Shown here: one piece after another, positions 1 to 10,100 of the stretch
How positions within the stretch are numbered: the first letter of the stretch is position 1
Layout of the letters: each line of letters begins with the position of its first letter
Origin: Candidatus Eiseniibacteriota bacterium
GTDB lineage: Bacteria; Eisenbacteria; RBG-16-71-46
Length of the DNA stretch: 64,000 bases
Assembly (NCBI GenBank): GCA_036507005.1
Contig: DASXQT010000070.1
Coordinates: 18,817-82,816, forward strand
Direction of reading: 5' to 3'
Position numbers and translations under genes: made by a program
Notes under the pieces: generated by a model
What the model saw: the letters and a program-made list of their open reading frames with translations, nothing else
Told to the model about the DNA's origin: nothing
Database searches by the model: none

Positions 1-125
1 ACCCGGAAGCGGAAGAAGTTGTAGATGCGCGGCAGCTGCTCCGCGTACAGCGCATCCCAATCCTCCTCGCGCGCCGGAATCACCCAGGTCCACGCCCGGT
101 GGATCGCCATCGTGTCGTTGGCCAT
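1..125 (-). CDS. 5' end of a sigma-70/ECF-type sigma factor gene (partial, runs off the window start)
   Basis: ATG at 125 on the minus strand. The translation MANDTMAIHRAWTWVIPAREEDWDALYAEQLPRIYNFFRFR resembles the start of region 2 of ECF sigma factors. Only 41 codons are visible. Confidence 0.35.
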   Translation of the reverse strand, partial: MANDTMAIHRAWTWVIPAREEDWDALYAEQLPRIYNFFRFR

Positions 126-228
126 GGCAGAGAATGATACGGATCAGGCCGCCGAGTATCACGTCGGGGGTGAAAAGACGAGGGCGACGAGGTCGGCATC
201 CCCTCGTCGCCCTGGTTGCAACGCTACT

Positions 229-2439
229 TCACTTCACGAACAGCATCTCCCGATACTTGGGCAGGCTCCACAGCTCGTCGGCGACCATGTGCTCGAGCCG
301 GTCCGCCGCATCGCGCGCCTCGGCCATCATCGGCCGCAGCTCGTCGGCGAGCCTCCGCGCCCGCGCCGCCTCGTCGTGCATCGAGTCGGTCTCGCTGAGG
401 AGCCTCTGGATCTTCTCGACGCCTGCGAGCACGCTGCCCATCGTCGTTCCCAGCGCCTTGACCCGCGCTTCGAGCGCGTGAGCCGCCGCGGGCGCCGATT
501 CCGCCGCCGCCGCCGCCGCTGCGGATTCCACGAGCTGCTTCTCCGCCGCCGGGATCACGTGGGTGTTCAGGATCTCGACCAGCGTCTCGGCCTCGAGAGT
601 GACCACCTTGATGTAACGCTCGAGCGCCACCACGTAGCGACTGTGCAGCTCGCGCTCGCTGAAGACGCCCATCTCCCGCAGGAACGCGGTGCGGCGCGAA
701 TCGCGCATCACCTCGAGCGCCGCGGGCGTGTCGGGCAGGTTGGGCAGGCCGCGGCGGCCGGCCTCGAGCTTCCACTCCTCGCTGTAGCCGTTGCCCTCGA
801 AGCGCACCGGCGACGTCTCGCGGAAGATCTCGCGCAGCAGCTCGAGCAACGCCGCGTCGCGCTCCTGTCCGGCGCCGAGGCGGGTCTGGAGCCGCTCGCC
901 CATCTCCGCCATCGCGTCCGCGACCGCCGCCAGGAGCACCGCCATCGGGGCCGCGGTGTTCATCGAGCTGCCCACCGCGCGGAACTCGAACTTGTTCCCG
1001 GTGAACGCGAACGGCGACGTGCGGTTGCGGTCGGTGTAGTCGCGGGCGAGCTGGGGCAGCTTGCCCACACCGATGTCGACCACGAAGTGCTCGGCGTCCT
1101 CGCCCTGGGCGCCCTCGATGATCCGGTCGAGGATGCGGGCGATCAGCTCGCCCACGAACACGCTGATGATCGCGGGAGGAGCCTCGTTGGCTCCGAGCCG
1201 GAGATCGTTGTTGGCGTTCGCGATCGAGGCCCGCAGCGCGTCGGCATGATCGTGGACCGCCTTCAGGCACACCGCCATGAAGGCCAGGAACCTCAGATTC
1301 TGGTGGGGGGTTCGCCCGGGCTCGAGCAGGTTCTCGCCGCGGTCGGTCACCAGGCTCCAGTTCGAGTGCTTGCCGCTGCCGTTCAGCCCCTCGAAAGGCT
1401 TCTCGTGGAACACGCACGCGAAGTGATGCCGGAGCGCGACCCGGCGCGCGATGTCCATGGCCAGGGCGTTGTGGTCGTTGGCGGTATTGACGTCCTCGAA
1501 CACCGGGGCCATCTCGAACTGCATGGGCGCGACTTCGTTGTGCCGGGTCTTGACCGGGATGCCCAGGCGGTAGAGCTCGAACTCCATCTCCTCCATGAAC
1601 GCCAGCACGCGGGTCGGGATCGAGCCGAAGTAGTGATCCTCGAACTGCTGTCCGCGCGGCGATGCGGCGCCGACCAGCGTGCGGTCGCACATCACGAGGT
1701 CGGGACGCATCGTGTAGTGGTCGCGATCCACCAGGAAGTACTCCTGCTCGACGCCCAGCGTCGCTCCCACCGACCGGACGTCCACGTCTCCCAGCAGCTT
1801 GAGGAACGCCACGCCGTGGCGGTTCACCGCCTCGAGCGCTCGGAGCAGCGGCGTCTTCTGGTCGAGGCTGTCGCCGAAGTAGCTGATGAACACCGACGGC
1901 ACGCACAGCGTGCGGCCGTTCACGCTCTCGACCAGGAACATCGGCGAGCTCGGGTCCCAGGCGGTGTAGCCCCGCGCCTCGAACGTGGTCCGCATGCCTC
2001 CGGAGGGGAACGAGCTCGCGTCCGGCTCGCTCTGGATCAGCTGCGAGCCCGAGAACCGCTCGAGCACCTTGGCCTCGCCCGGCATGGCGGCGTTGAGGTC
2101 GATGAAGCTGTCGTGCTTCTCGGCGGTCAGGCCGGTCATGGGCTGGAACCAGTGCGTGAAATGGGTCGCGCCGTGCGAGGTCGCCCACTCGCGCGCCACC
2201 GCGGCAATGGTCTCCGCCGTCCCGCGGGAGAGCGGCGTGCCCTTCGTCAGGGTCGCGAGCAGCGCCTGGTAGGCCTCGCGCGGCAGGCGCTCCTTGAACT
2301 TCAGCAGGTCGAGGACGTGCCCGCCGAAATAGGTGCTGACCGGGGCGCGCTGGCCGTCGGCCTGGCGCGGGGACTCGAAGGTGCGGGGTTCGCGATGCGG
2401 GGCGAGGGGACGCGTCGTCCGGCGTGAAAGCAGCGACAT
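229..2439 (-). CDS. glnN: Glutamine synthetase, type III
   Basis: 736-aa ORF in the size class of GSIII. It has the GSIII N-terminal region (FGGHVLDLLKFKERLP...THFTHWFQP) and catalytic-core motifs (VEQEYFLV, HNEVAPMQFE, NGSGKHSNWS). Confidence 0.9.
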   Translation of the reverse strand: MSLLSRRTTRPLAPHREPRTFESPRQADGQRAPVSTYFGGHVLDLLKFKERLPREAYQALLATLTKGTPLSRGTAETIAAVAREWATSHGATHFTHWFQPMTGLTAEKHDSFIDLNAAMPGEAKVLERFSGSQLIQSEPDASSFPSGGMRTTFEARGYTAWDPSSPMFLVESVNGRTLCVPSVFISYFGDSLDQKTPLLRALEAVNRHGVAFLKLLGDVDVRSVGATLGVEQEYFLVDRDHYTMRPDLVMCDRTLVGAASPRGQQFEDHYFGSIPTRVLAFMEEMEFELYRLGIPVKTRHNEVAPMQFEMAPVFEDVNTANDHNALAMDIARRVALRHHFACVFHEKPFEGLNGSGKHSNWSLVTDRGENLLEPGRTPHQNLRFLAFMAVCLKAVHDHADALRASIANANNDLRLGANEAPPAIISVFVGELIARILDRIIEGAQGEDAEHFVVDIGVGKLPQLARDYTDRNRTSPFAFTGNKFEFRAVGSSMNTAAPMAVLLAAVADAMAEMGERLQTRLGAGQERDAALLELLREIFRETSPVRFEGNGYSEEWKLEAGRRGLPNLPDTPAALEVMRDSRRTAFLREMGVFSERELHSRYVVALERYIKVVTLEAETLVEILNTHVIPAAEKQLVESAAAAAAAESAPAAAHALEARVKALGTTMGSVLAGVEKIQRLLSETDSMHDEAARARRLADELRPMMAEARDAADRLEHMVADELWSLPKYREMLFVK

Positions 2440-2619
2440 GGATCCAATCTCCTTTGTCCGACCGCGGAGAGCCTTCTCGACCCGCAGCGATCGCGTGGAT
2501 GGGGCCCTCGGAGCGAGCCAAGCCCGCCCGAAGCTAGATCAATTGTGCCAGAGTTCCATGCCCTTTGGCTATGAGATTTCAGGTCCTCGGGAAGGTTTTG
2601 GGTGGAACCAGCATGCAAA

Positions 2620-2647
2620 CGGGCCCGGGGATGGCACCCCGGGCCCG
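2620..2647 (-). terminator. GC-rich hairpin downstream of the DUF4331 gene (candidate intrinsic terminator)
   Basis: Perfect 11-bp stem CGGGCCCGGGG / CCCCGGGCCCG with a 6-nt loop, 45 nt past the stop at 2692. Only a short TTTG follows on the minus strand, so the U-tract is weak. Confidence 0.4.
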
Positions 2648-2691
2648 TCGCGCGCCCCGCGCCCCGCGTACGGGGCCTGGGCTCGATCCGG

Positions 2692-4449
2692 CTACTGGAG
2701 CACGATCTTGCGCTCCGTGATCTGGCCGCCCGCGGTGAGACGGGCGAAGTAGACGCCGGGACCGCTCGCAGCGCCCGTGTCGTCACGGCCGTCCCAGCGC
2801 GCCACGAAGGTGCCGGGCGCCGCGTCCTGGTTCACCAGCGTCCGGACCTGACGGCCCTGGAGATCGTAGACCTTGAGCGTCACCCGAGCCGCGCTCGGGA
2901 CCGTGAACTCGAGGCGGCTGTCCGGGCCGGGGTTGGCGCCCTGGATCCGCATCCGCGGCGGGCCGGCGGCAGCGGCTGCCCCGCCCTCGGCAGAGGTCTC
3001 GGTGGCCCGGTCGTCGTCCCCGCCGTTGCCGTCGTGCCGGCTGCTCCGCCCCGACTTGCCGTTCTGCTCGGCGTGATGCGAGTGGTCGAACGGGTCGTGG
3101 GGAGGCGCCACGTACGGGAAGTAGGGAAGGAACGGGCGGTCGTTGGCGTCGACGCCGTCGCCGAGCTGGTTGTTGGGCGCGACGTTGAACGCCGCCGTGA
3201 ACGGCGTGGCGCCGGCCACGACGCGCTCGGCGATGTCGACCACGTCGTCGGACAGCCGGCGTCCGTTGGGGAAGCCGCTCAAATCACTGCCGAGGATGCC
3301 GAAGCGGCTCGGGTGCTCGCTCGGGGCGACGCCCATGTTGAGGCGCAACATCTCGCACGGCACCTGGCCCGGGCCCGCCGGCTGGTTGAGGCCGGGGATG
3401 CCGGTGAGGAACACCGCCACCAGGTCGTTGCGCGGCGCAGGCGGCGTCGGGATGCCGTAGAGCGCGGTGAGCAGGCCGCCCAGCTCGGGCGCCACCACGT
3501 ACGGGAGGAACGCGCCGTCGCCGGTGGGCTTGGTGGCGTTGAACTTGTCCTTGTCCTTGAGCGGGATCACGACCTCGTTGACCAGGGGGTTGCCGAGCCG
3601 CGAGACCTGGATCAGGCTGCCGCTGACGCTGACGGTGCCGTCCCCGTTGAGCGTCCGCAGGGCGGGCCGCTCGGCCGAGTCGTAGATGCCGATCACGGAG
3701 TTGCCGGCGTTCGGGCTCGCGCCGTCCTTGGTCAGGTGCGTCATCGGAATCTGGATCGCGATGGTGAGGCAGTCGAAGCCGCCCAGGCCGTCCACGCCCT
3801 TGCCCTTGTTGCCGGGCACCTTGCGGATCGTGAGCAGGTCGAAGATCGCCGCCAGGTCGACGAAGAACGGATCGTCCCGCGGGCCGATGAAGATCCGCGT
3901 GCCGTCCGGCAGCTCGCGGATGGCCGAGCGCCACAGCGATTCGTAGTTGGGCATCGAGACCGGTCCCACGAAGTTGGGCGCCACCTGCACGTCGGTGGCG
4001 AGCACCGTCGGAACCCCGTTGACGTAACGGGTGACGGTGCAGAACTGGCGCACGTTGAGGTCCGGGTCGCCGAGCGAGGTCACCACCCCCACGTTGTAGA
4101 GAAACGTATTGGGATTGGCCCGCTCGGTGCGGAACCTGAACAGGTAGCGGATGTGATCCTGGGCATCGCCCACGTTGTCGACGTTGATCCAGTAGTAGAC
4201 GTCCTCGTCGAAGCCGTAGAAGTTAGGGCCGCCGTTCGGCTCGAGCAGCGGGACCCAGTTGCCGACGATCGTCACCTTGTCGCGGGCGTCACCGCTCACC
4301 CACGCGTAGAGGTCGGTGTCGTCGGCGAGGCGGTCCTTCGAGGTGCCGGGGGCCTCGCTGTGGCTCGAGGCCAGGGCGGACGAAGCGGTGAGGGCTGCGA
4401 GGAGAGCCAAGGCCGGCGCTCGCAGGGCCCTCCAAATCGGGCGTCTCAT
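2692..4449 (-). CDS. Secreted DUF4331-family protein with C-terminal FlgD-Ig/T9SS-like sorting domain
   Basis: GGGAGAAAGGAAG Shine-Dalgarno just upstream of ATG 4449. Signal peptide MRRPIWRALRAPALALLAALTASSALA. SSHSEAPG...DDTDLYAW is the typical DUF4331 start. The last ~75 aa (VTLKVYDLQGRQV...GVYFARL) look like a C-terminal sorting domain. I prefer ATG 4449 over the track start at 4533. Confidence 0.75.
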   Translation of the reverse strand: MRRPIWRALRAPALALLAALTASSALASSHSEAPGTSKDRLADDTDLYAWVSGDARDKVTIVGNWVPLLEPNGGPNFYGFDEDVYYWINVDNVGDAQDHIRYLFRFRTERANPNTFLYNVGVVTSLGDPDLNVRQFCTVTRYVNGVPTVLATDVQVAPNFVGPVSMPNYESLWRSAIRELPDGTRIFIGPRDDPFFVDLAAIFDLLTIRKVPGNKGKGVDGLGGFDCLTIAIQIPMTHLTKDGASPNAGNSVIGIYDSAERPALRTLNGDGTVSVSGSLIQVSRLGNPLVNEVVIPLKDKDKFNATKPTGDGAFLPYVVAPELGGLLTALYGIPTPPAPRNDLVAVFLTGIPGLNQPAGPGQVPCEMLRLNMGVAPSEHPSRFGILGSDLSGFPNGRRLSDDVVDIAERVVAGATPFTAAFNVAPNNQLGDGVDANDRPFLPYFPYVAPPHDPFDHSHHAEQNGKSGRSSRHDGNGGDDDRATETSAEGGAAAAAGPPRMRIQGANPGPDSRLEFTVPSAARVTLKVYDLQGRQVRTLVNQDAAPGTFVARWDGRDDTGAASGPGVYFARLTAGGQITERKIVLQ

Positions 4450-4731
4450 GGTCTTCCTTTCTCCCGCCTCGGGCGGGCAGGTTGGGCCGCGGGCTTCCGC
4501 GGGCCAGGGCGGGCCGCGTGGGGGCGCGGCCATGGCGGGCCTTGTGGATCGGCCTCACGCTCCCATTACGGCGCGGGCGCGCGGCCGGATGAGGCGGCGC
4601 GGGGGGTTGTCCCCGCCGCCGCATGCTCCTAAGGTGTCGCCGCCGCCCGCCCTCGTCCGGAAACCCGCGGGCGACGTAGTGGGAGCAGAGGCCGTACGGT
4701 GAAGGAACTCGGATAGGGGACCGCCGCCGCA

Positions 4732-5292
4732 ATGACCGACCAGGAACTCGACCGCCGGTGCATGGATCGGCTGCGCGCCGGCGACCCGAAAGCCCTGGAG
4801 GAGCTCTACGATCGCCACACGCCGCTGCTCTACGGGATGGTGCTTCGCATCGTCGGCCGCGCCCCGGATGCGGAGGAGGTGCTCCAGGATGCCTGGATCA
4901 AGGTCTGGCGCAGCGCGGAGACCTGGGATCCCGAGAGGGGAAGCGTGGTCGCCTGGCTCCTGACCCTGGCGCGCAGCCGGGCCATCGACCGCCTGCGCAG
5001 CGCGGCGTCGCGGTCGCGCGCCGAGGGCGCTTCGGGCGGCGAGGAGACGATGGCCGCCGCTCCGGAGCCCGCGGCGAGCGCCGCGCACCGTGAGCTGCAC
5101 GAGCGCGTGGTGTCGGCGCTCGGGGAGCTGGGGTCGAAGCAGCGCGAGGTCCTGGAGCTCGCCTACTTCGCCGGTCTCAGCCAGTCCGAGATCGCGTCCC
5201 GCGTGGGCGCGCCGCTCGGGACCGTGAAGTCGTGGACGCGCCAGGGCCTGATGCGCCTGCGCGCGCTCGTGCCGAGGGAGGAACCGGCGTGA
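4732..5292 (+). CDS. ECF (sigma-70 family) RNA polymerase sigma factor
   Basis: Region 2 (LYDRHTPLLYGMVLRIVG...DAEEVLQDAWIKVW) and region 4 (REVLELAYFAGLSQSEIASRVGAPLGTVKSW) are recognisable. The stop overlaps the start of the next gene (GTGA). Confidence 0.9.
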   Translation: MTDQELDRRCMDRLRAGDPKALEELYDRHTPLLYGMVLRIVGRAPDAEEVLQDAWIKVWRSAETWDPERGSVVAWLLTLARSRAIDRLRSAASRSRAEGASGGEETMAAAPEPAASAAHRELHERVVSALGELGSKQREVLELAYFAGLSQSEIASRVGAPLGTVKSWTRQGLMRLRALVPREEPA

Positions 5293-6119
5293 CCGCTCAT
5301 CGCGAAGAGTATCTCGATCTGTGCGCCGCCGTGCTGGCGGGCTCGGTCGACGAGGCCGACCGGCTCGAGCTCGAGCGCCACCTGGCCGGCGGGTGCCCGG
5401 CGTGCGAGCGCGCGCTCGCCGAGATGAGCCACGGGATCGAGTCCCTGGCGGCCGCGGCTCCCCCGCGCATGCCGAGCCCGCGGGTGCGCGAGCGGGTGCT
5501 CTCGGTGGTGCGGGCCGAAGCCGAGGCTGCAGGCGGTCGCGCCCGCCCGGCGTCCGCCGCGGCGCGGCGCGTGATCGAGCTTCCCTCCCGCCCGCGCCGG
5601 GCGTGGCCGGAGTGGGCGCTCGCGGTGGCGGCCGCCATCTTGGCCGTCGCCACGTTCGCGTACTGGCGGCAGGCCTCGGTGCTCGACGGTCAGCTCCGTG
5701 GTGCGCGCGAGCGCATCGCGCAGGTCGCGCGCGAGCTGGCCGAGGAGCGTGCGTGGGCCGCGGTGCCCGCGAGCCCGGGCGCGCGCGTGGCCGATCTCGC
5801 CCCGCTTCCGTCGGGAGTCACGCTCCCGCGCGTGCGCGCGATCTACGACCCCGGCTCGCGGCGCGCCATCATCGCCTTCGACGGCCTCGTCACCCCGCCG
5901 GGCGCGGACTTCGAGCTGTGGGCGGTGCTGCCCGACGGCCCCAGGAGCCTGGGTGTGGTGCGCGCCGACCCCTCGGGCCACGCCGAGGTGCGCGTGCCCG
6001 ACGCGGGCGAGCCGGCCCTGCTCTCGGCGTTCGCGGTCTCGCTCGAGCACGAGGGCGGCTCGACCAACCCGCGCAAGCCGGGCGGGCCGGTGGTGCTCGC
6101 CGGGACGCTCAAGAGCTGA
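5289..6119 (+). CDS. Anti-sigma factor (zf-HC2 N-terminus, RskA-like C-terminal domain)
   Basis: GTG 5289 overlaps the sigma stop codon. HLAGGCPACERAL is a zf-HC2 motif. A single TM segment (WALAVAAAILAVATFAYW) is followed by an extracytoplasmic RskA-like domain (YELWAV-type: DFELWAVLPDG). Confidence 0.8.
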   Translation: MTAHREEYLDLCAAVLAGSVDEADRLELERHLAGGCPACERALAEMSHGIESLAAAAPPRMPSPRVRERVLSVVRAEAEAAGGRARPASAAARRVIELPSRPRRAWPEWALAVAAAILAVATFAYWRQASVLDGQLRGARERIAQVARELAEERAWAAVPASPGARVADLAPLPSGVTLPRVRAIYDPGSRRAIIAFDGLVTPPGADFELWAVLPDGPRSLGVVRADPSGHAEVRVPDAGEPALLSAFAVSLEHEGGSTNPRKPGGPVVLAGTLKS

Positions 6120-6237
6120 GGCGCCCGCGGGCGGCGGCTCCGGGCCGCTCGGAGCTCGGCGGCCGGTCGTGGTATAAAGAGTGCGCCCCGGCGACTGTCG
6201 GCCCCCGAACCACCATCGGCCGCAGGAGATTCGGGTC

Positions 6238-6417
6238 ATGAACTACTCCCAGTCCCACGTCGACGATCAGGCTCTGCTGAAGGGTCTGAAGGAAGCCGCC
6301 GCCAAGGAGCGCGCCAGCATCGCCGCGCTGCGCGCCCTCGTTGCCGAATTAGATGCGCGCGGGCTCCAAGTGCCGGAGGCCGTCCGTGAGCTGCTGGCGG
6401 ACGTCGACGACCCATGA
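6238..6417 (+). CDS. Small hypothetical protein (59 aa), possibly a relic of the N-terminus of an HNH-endonuclease-type protein
   Basis: AGGAGA lies 9 nt upstream of ATG 6238. The stop overlaps the mntA-like start (ATGA). DDQALLKGLKEAAAKERASIAALRALVAELDARGL resembles the conserved N-terminal helix of long HNH endonucleases, but no HNH domain follows. Confidence 0.35.
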   Translation: MNYSQSHVDDQALLKGLKEAAAKERASIAALRALVAELDARGLQVPEAVRELLADVDDP

Positions 6418-6722
6418 CCGGTGTTCTCGAAAGCAAGCGGCAAGCGATATCCGACGCTTGCGTGCGTCACCGCGTGGCGCGCTTGGACGCGTTTGGCTCG
6501 GCGTTGCGTGATGACTTCAGGCCAGGCGAAAGCGACCTGGACTTGCTGGTGGAGTTCGGGCCGATGGAGCCGTACGCTCGAGTCGATGCCTACTTCGGCA
6601 TGCTGGAAGATCTGAGGGCCTTGTTGGGGATGGAGATCGACCTGGTGATGGCGGGAGCCGTCAAGAATCCGTACATCGCCCGCGAAATCGAGCGCACGAA
6701 GCGGCTGCTCTATGCCGCGTGA
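6414..6722 (+). CDS. mntA: Nucleotidyltransferase (MNT-type antitoxin of a HEPN/MNT toxin-antitoxin pair)
   Basis: 102 aa. GSALRDDFRPGESDLDLLVEF is the minimal nucleotidyltransferase G-S...D-x-D motif. It is followed by, and overlaps, a DUF86/HEPN gene. Confidence 0.8.
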   Translation: MTGVLESKRQAISDACVRHRVARLDAFGSALRDDFRPGESDLDLLVEFGPMEPYARVDAYFGMLEDLRALLGMEIDLVMAGAVKNPYIAREIERTKRLLYAA

Positions 6723-7074
6723 TGCTCGCGCCTACTTGTCGGACATTGTGGAGTCCTGCGAAGCGATCACAAACGCCGTCCGAGGCCTCGATCTCGCCGG
6801 GTATGAAGGCAATCGTCTCGTCCGCTCATCCGTCGAGCGCGAGTTCATCATCATCGGCGAAGCCGCTTCGGCGCTCGCACGGATCGCGCCGAAGGCGTTC
6901 GATGCGATCACGCGGGCGCGCCGCATCGTGGACTTCCGTAACCAACTGACGCACGAGTATCCGACGGTCGACAACGCTCTCGTGTGGGCAATCGCCGAAC
7001 ACGACGTGCCGGTGCTCCGCCGCGAGTGCTCGGCACTCATGCAGGGCATTGCGCCTGCGCAAGACGCGGGCTGA
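6712..7074 (+). CDS. hepT: HEPN-domain (DUF86) toxin HepT
   Basis: 120 aa. RNQLTHEY matches the R-x4-6-H HEPN motif. It overlaps the upstream MNT gene by 11 nt. Confidence 0.8.
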   Translation: MPRDARAYLSDIVESCEAITNAVRGLDLAGYEGNRLVRSSVEREFIIIGEAASALARIAPKAFDAITRARRIVDFRNQLTHEYPTVDNALVWAIAEHDVPVLRRECSALMQGIAPAQDAG

Positions 7075-7117
7075 GGACAACCACCAACATTCAGGGCCGG
7101 GCCGCCTCACCTCTTCT

Positions 7118-7173
7118 GTCGGGAGTCACGCTCCCCGCGCGTGCGCGCCATCTACGACCCCGGCTCGCGGGCG
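7118..7173 (+). repeat. ~56-bp diverged copy of an internal segment of the anti-sigma gene (5810-5865)
   Basis: GTCGGGAGTCACGCTCC(C)CGCGCGTGCGCGC(G/C)ATCTACGACCCCGGCTCGCGG occurs at both positions with one indel and a few substitutions. The second copy is non-coding and lies between hepT and the stop of the giant surface-protein gene. Confidence 0.7.
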
Positions 7174-7183
7174 GCGCCGGCGC

Positions 7184-10100
7184 CTACTTCACGATGAGGG
7201 CCTTCGCCACTCCCACGCGGGGTCCCTGGGTGAGGCGCACGAAGTAGAGCCCGGCGGGGAGCCGGTCGCCTACGTCGATCCGGTGGCGGCCGGGCCCGAG
7301 CGGGCCGACCTCCCGCAGGGTAACGCGCCGGCCGGACACGTCCAGCACCTCGAGCCTCGCCCGCTCACCTTCCCCGAGGCTGAACTCGACGCTCAAGCGG
7401 TCGCGCGCGGGGACGGGCATGACCCCGTGCAGGGCGAAGCCGGACCGCGGCCGCTCTTCCAGCGTTGCGGACATCTCCTGGCTCTGCGCCACCGGACCGC
7501 TCGCCTCGATGTGCAGCAGCGCCACTCCCGCCTGGTTCCCGTCGAACGCCCACGCGGTCCGGTGTCCGGTCCCCGTCACCACGAATGCCAGCGCGTTCCC
7601 GCTCGCCCAGCCCGCCCGGCTCACCACCTCCTGCACCACGGCCGAAAGGTCGGGCGTGCGCTGGTTCTCCCCCACCTCCCCCACCGCCCAGGGCGCCGGA
7701 GCCCAGCTCACCGAAGCCGCCGTCCGCGCCCGCGACGTGACGTTGGCGGTCGTGGCCGTGAACGTCCCCGCGTTGTCCGCTGCCTGGCCCTGGATCGTGA
7801 GCGCCGTCGCCTCGCTCTGCGCCTCCCTGGCTTCGAACTGCACGAAGGCCCGCGTGATCGTCGCCCCGCGCGGGATCGCGACGTTCGCGAAGCGCAGCCC
7901 GATCTTCTGAACCCCCGAGTCGTACACCAGCTCGATGTCCGAGCTGTAGAGCAGCACCGTCCCGGCGGCGTTCTCCTCGACATCGTCGGTCCCCGCCGCC
8001 ACCCGCCGCTCCAGGGTGATCGACCCGGTCGGCGGCGGCGCCGCGGCCTTGACCACGATCGTCACCGAATCCCTGGCGCTCAGCGCCCCGTCGCTCGCCG
8101 TCAGCCGCAGCACGTAGGTACCCGGCGTCGCGAACGAGGCCCGGGTGTCGACCGCGCCCGCATCCGCGAACGCCACCGGCCCCGGCCCGCTCCCCTCGCT
8201 CCACTGGGTCGTCAGCGCCGGCGGGCTCGGCAGCCCGTCGTCCGTCACCGTCCCGTTCAGCGCGGCATCCGCGGGCAGCGTGAGGGTCTGGTTCGCCCCG
8301 GCGTCCACCACCGGCGCCGCGTTCGAAGGCGGCGGCGGCGAGCCGCTGCCCGCCTCGATGTGCAGCAGCGCCCCGCCTGTCGCCTTGCCCTCGTACGCCC
8401 ATGCCGTGCGGTGCCCGGTGCCGGTCACCACCAGCGCCAGCGCGTTCCCGCTCGCCCACCCCGCGCGGTTCACCACCTCCTGCACCACCGCCGAGAGGTC
8501 CGGCGTGCGCTGATTCGCTCCCAGCTCGCCTGCCGCCCACGGGGCCGGCGCCCAGCTCACCGCCGCCGCCGTGCGCGAGCGCGACGACACGTTGCCGGTC
8601 GTGGCCGCGAATGTCGCCGCGTTGTCCGCCGCCTGGGCCTGGATCCTGAGCGACGTCGCCTCGCTCTGGGACTCCTTGGCCTCGAACTGCACGTAGGCCC
8701 GCGTGATGGTCGCTCCCCGCGGGATCGCGATGTTGGTGAAGCGCAGACCCACCTTCTGGAGCGAGATGTCGTACACCAGCTCGATGTCGGTGCTGTAGAG
8801 CAGTACGGTACCGGCTGGGTCCTCCTCGACATCGTCGGTCCCCACCGACGCCACCCGCCGCTCCAGCGTGATCGAGCCGGTCGGCGGTGGCGGGGTCGCC
8901 GCGGTCACCACGATCGTCACCGAGTCCCCGGCGCTCAGCGCCCCGTCGCTCGCCGTCAGCCGCAGCACGTAGGTGCCCGGCGTCGTGAACGAGGCCCGGG
9001 TGTCGACCGCGCCCGCGTCCGCGAACGCCACCAGCCCCGGCCCGCTCCCCTCGCTCCACTGGGTCGTCAGCGCCGGCGGGCTCGGCAGCCCGTCGTCCGT
9101 CACCGTCCCGTTGAGCGCTGCGTCCGCGGGCAGCGTGAGGGCCTGGCTCGGCCCCGCGTCCACCACCGGCGCCGCGTTCGAAGGCGGCGGCGGCGGACCG
9201 CCTCCGGTCTCGACGTGAAGCAGCGCAGCTCCCGCCGGCTTGCCCTCGAACGACCACGCGGTGCGGTGCCCGCTCCCCGTCACCACCAGCGCCAGCGCAT
9301 TCCCGCTCGCCCAGCCCGCGCGGTTCACCACCTCCTGCACCACGGCCGACAGGTCGGGCGTGCGCTGATTCGGCCCCACCTCGCCCACCGCCCACGCCAC
9401 CGGCGTCCAGCTCACCGCCGCCGCCGTGCGCGAGCGCGACGACACGTTGCCGGTCGTGGCCGCGAACGTCGCCGCGTTGTCCGCCGCCTGGGCCTGGATC
9501 GTCAGCGCCGTCGCCTCGCTCTGCGCCTCCTTGGCCTCGAACTGCACGTAGGCCCGCGTGATCGTCGTCCCCCGCGGGATCGTCACGTTGGGGAAGCGCA
9601 GCCCCACCTTCTGGACCCCGAGGTCGTACACCAGCTCGATGTCCGAGCTGTAGAGCAGCACCGTCCCGGCCGCGTTCTCCTCGACATCGTCGGTCCCCGC
9701 CGTGACCCGCCGTTCGAGCGTGATCGCCCCCGGCGGCGGCGCGGCATTCACCACGATCGTCACCGAGTCGGTGGCGCTCAGCGCCCCGTCGCTCGCCGTC
9801 AGCCGCAGCACGTAGGTGCCCGCGGCCGTGAACGAGGCCCGCGTGTCGACCGCGCCCGCATCCGCGAACGCCACCGGCCCCGGCCCGCTCCCCTCGCTCC
9901 ACTGGGTCGTCAGCGCCGGCGGGCTCGGGAGCCCGTCGTCCGTCACCGTCCCGTTCAACGCCGCGTCCGCGGGCAGCGTGAGGGTCTGGCCCGGCCCCGC
10001 GTCCACCACCGGCGCCGTGTTCACCGGCGCCGCCCTCACCACGATCGTCACCGAGGCGGCGGCGCTCAGCTCCCCGTCGCTCGCCGTGAGCCGCAGCACG

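Noticed and set aside
25-2427. 800-aa plus-strand ORF covering the glnN locus. Similar long ORFs occur at 2602-4632, 12706-14475, 14189-15751, 22040-23389, 35091-37829, 47952-50291, 52534-54312, 54482-56029, 55975-57789, 55986-57914 and 60832-62694.
   Set aside because: They are antisense or off-frame shadows of confidently identified genes. Their translations are Arg/Ala/Gly/Pro-rich with no recognisable motifs, as expected from stop-codon scarcity in high-GC DNA.
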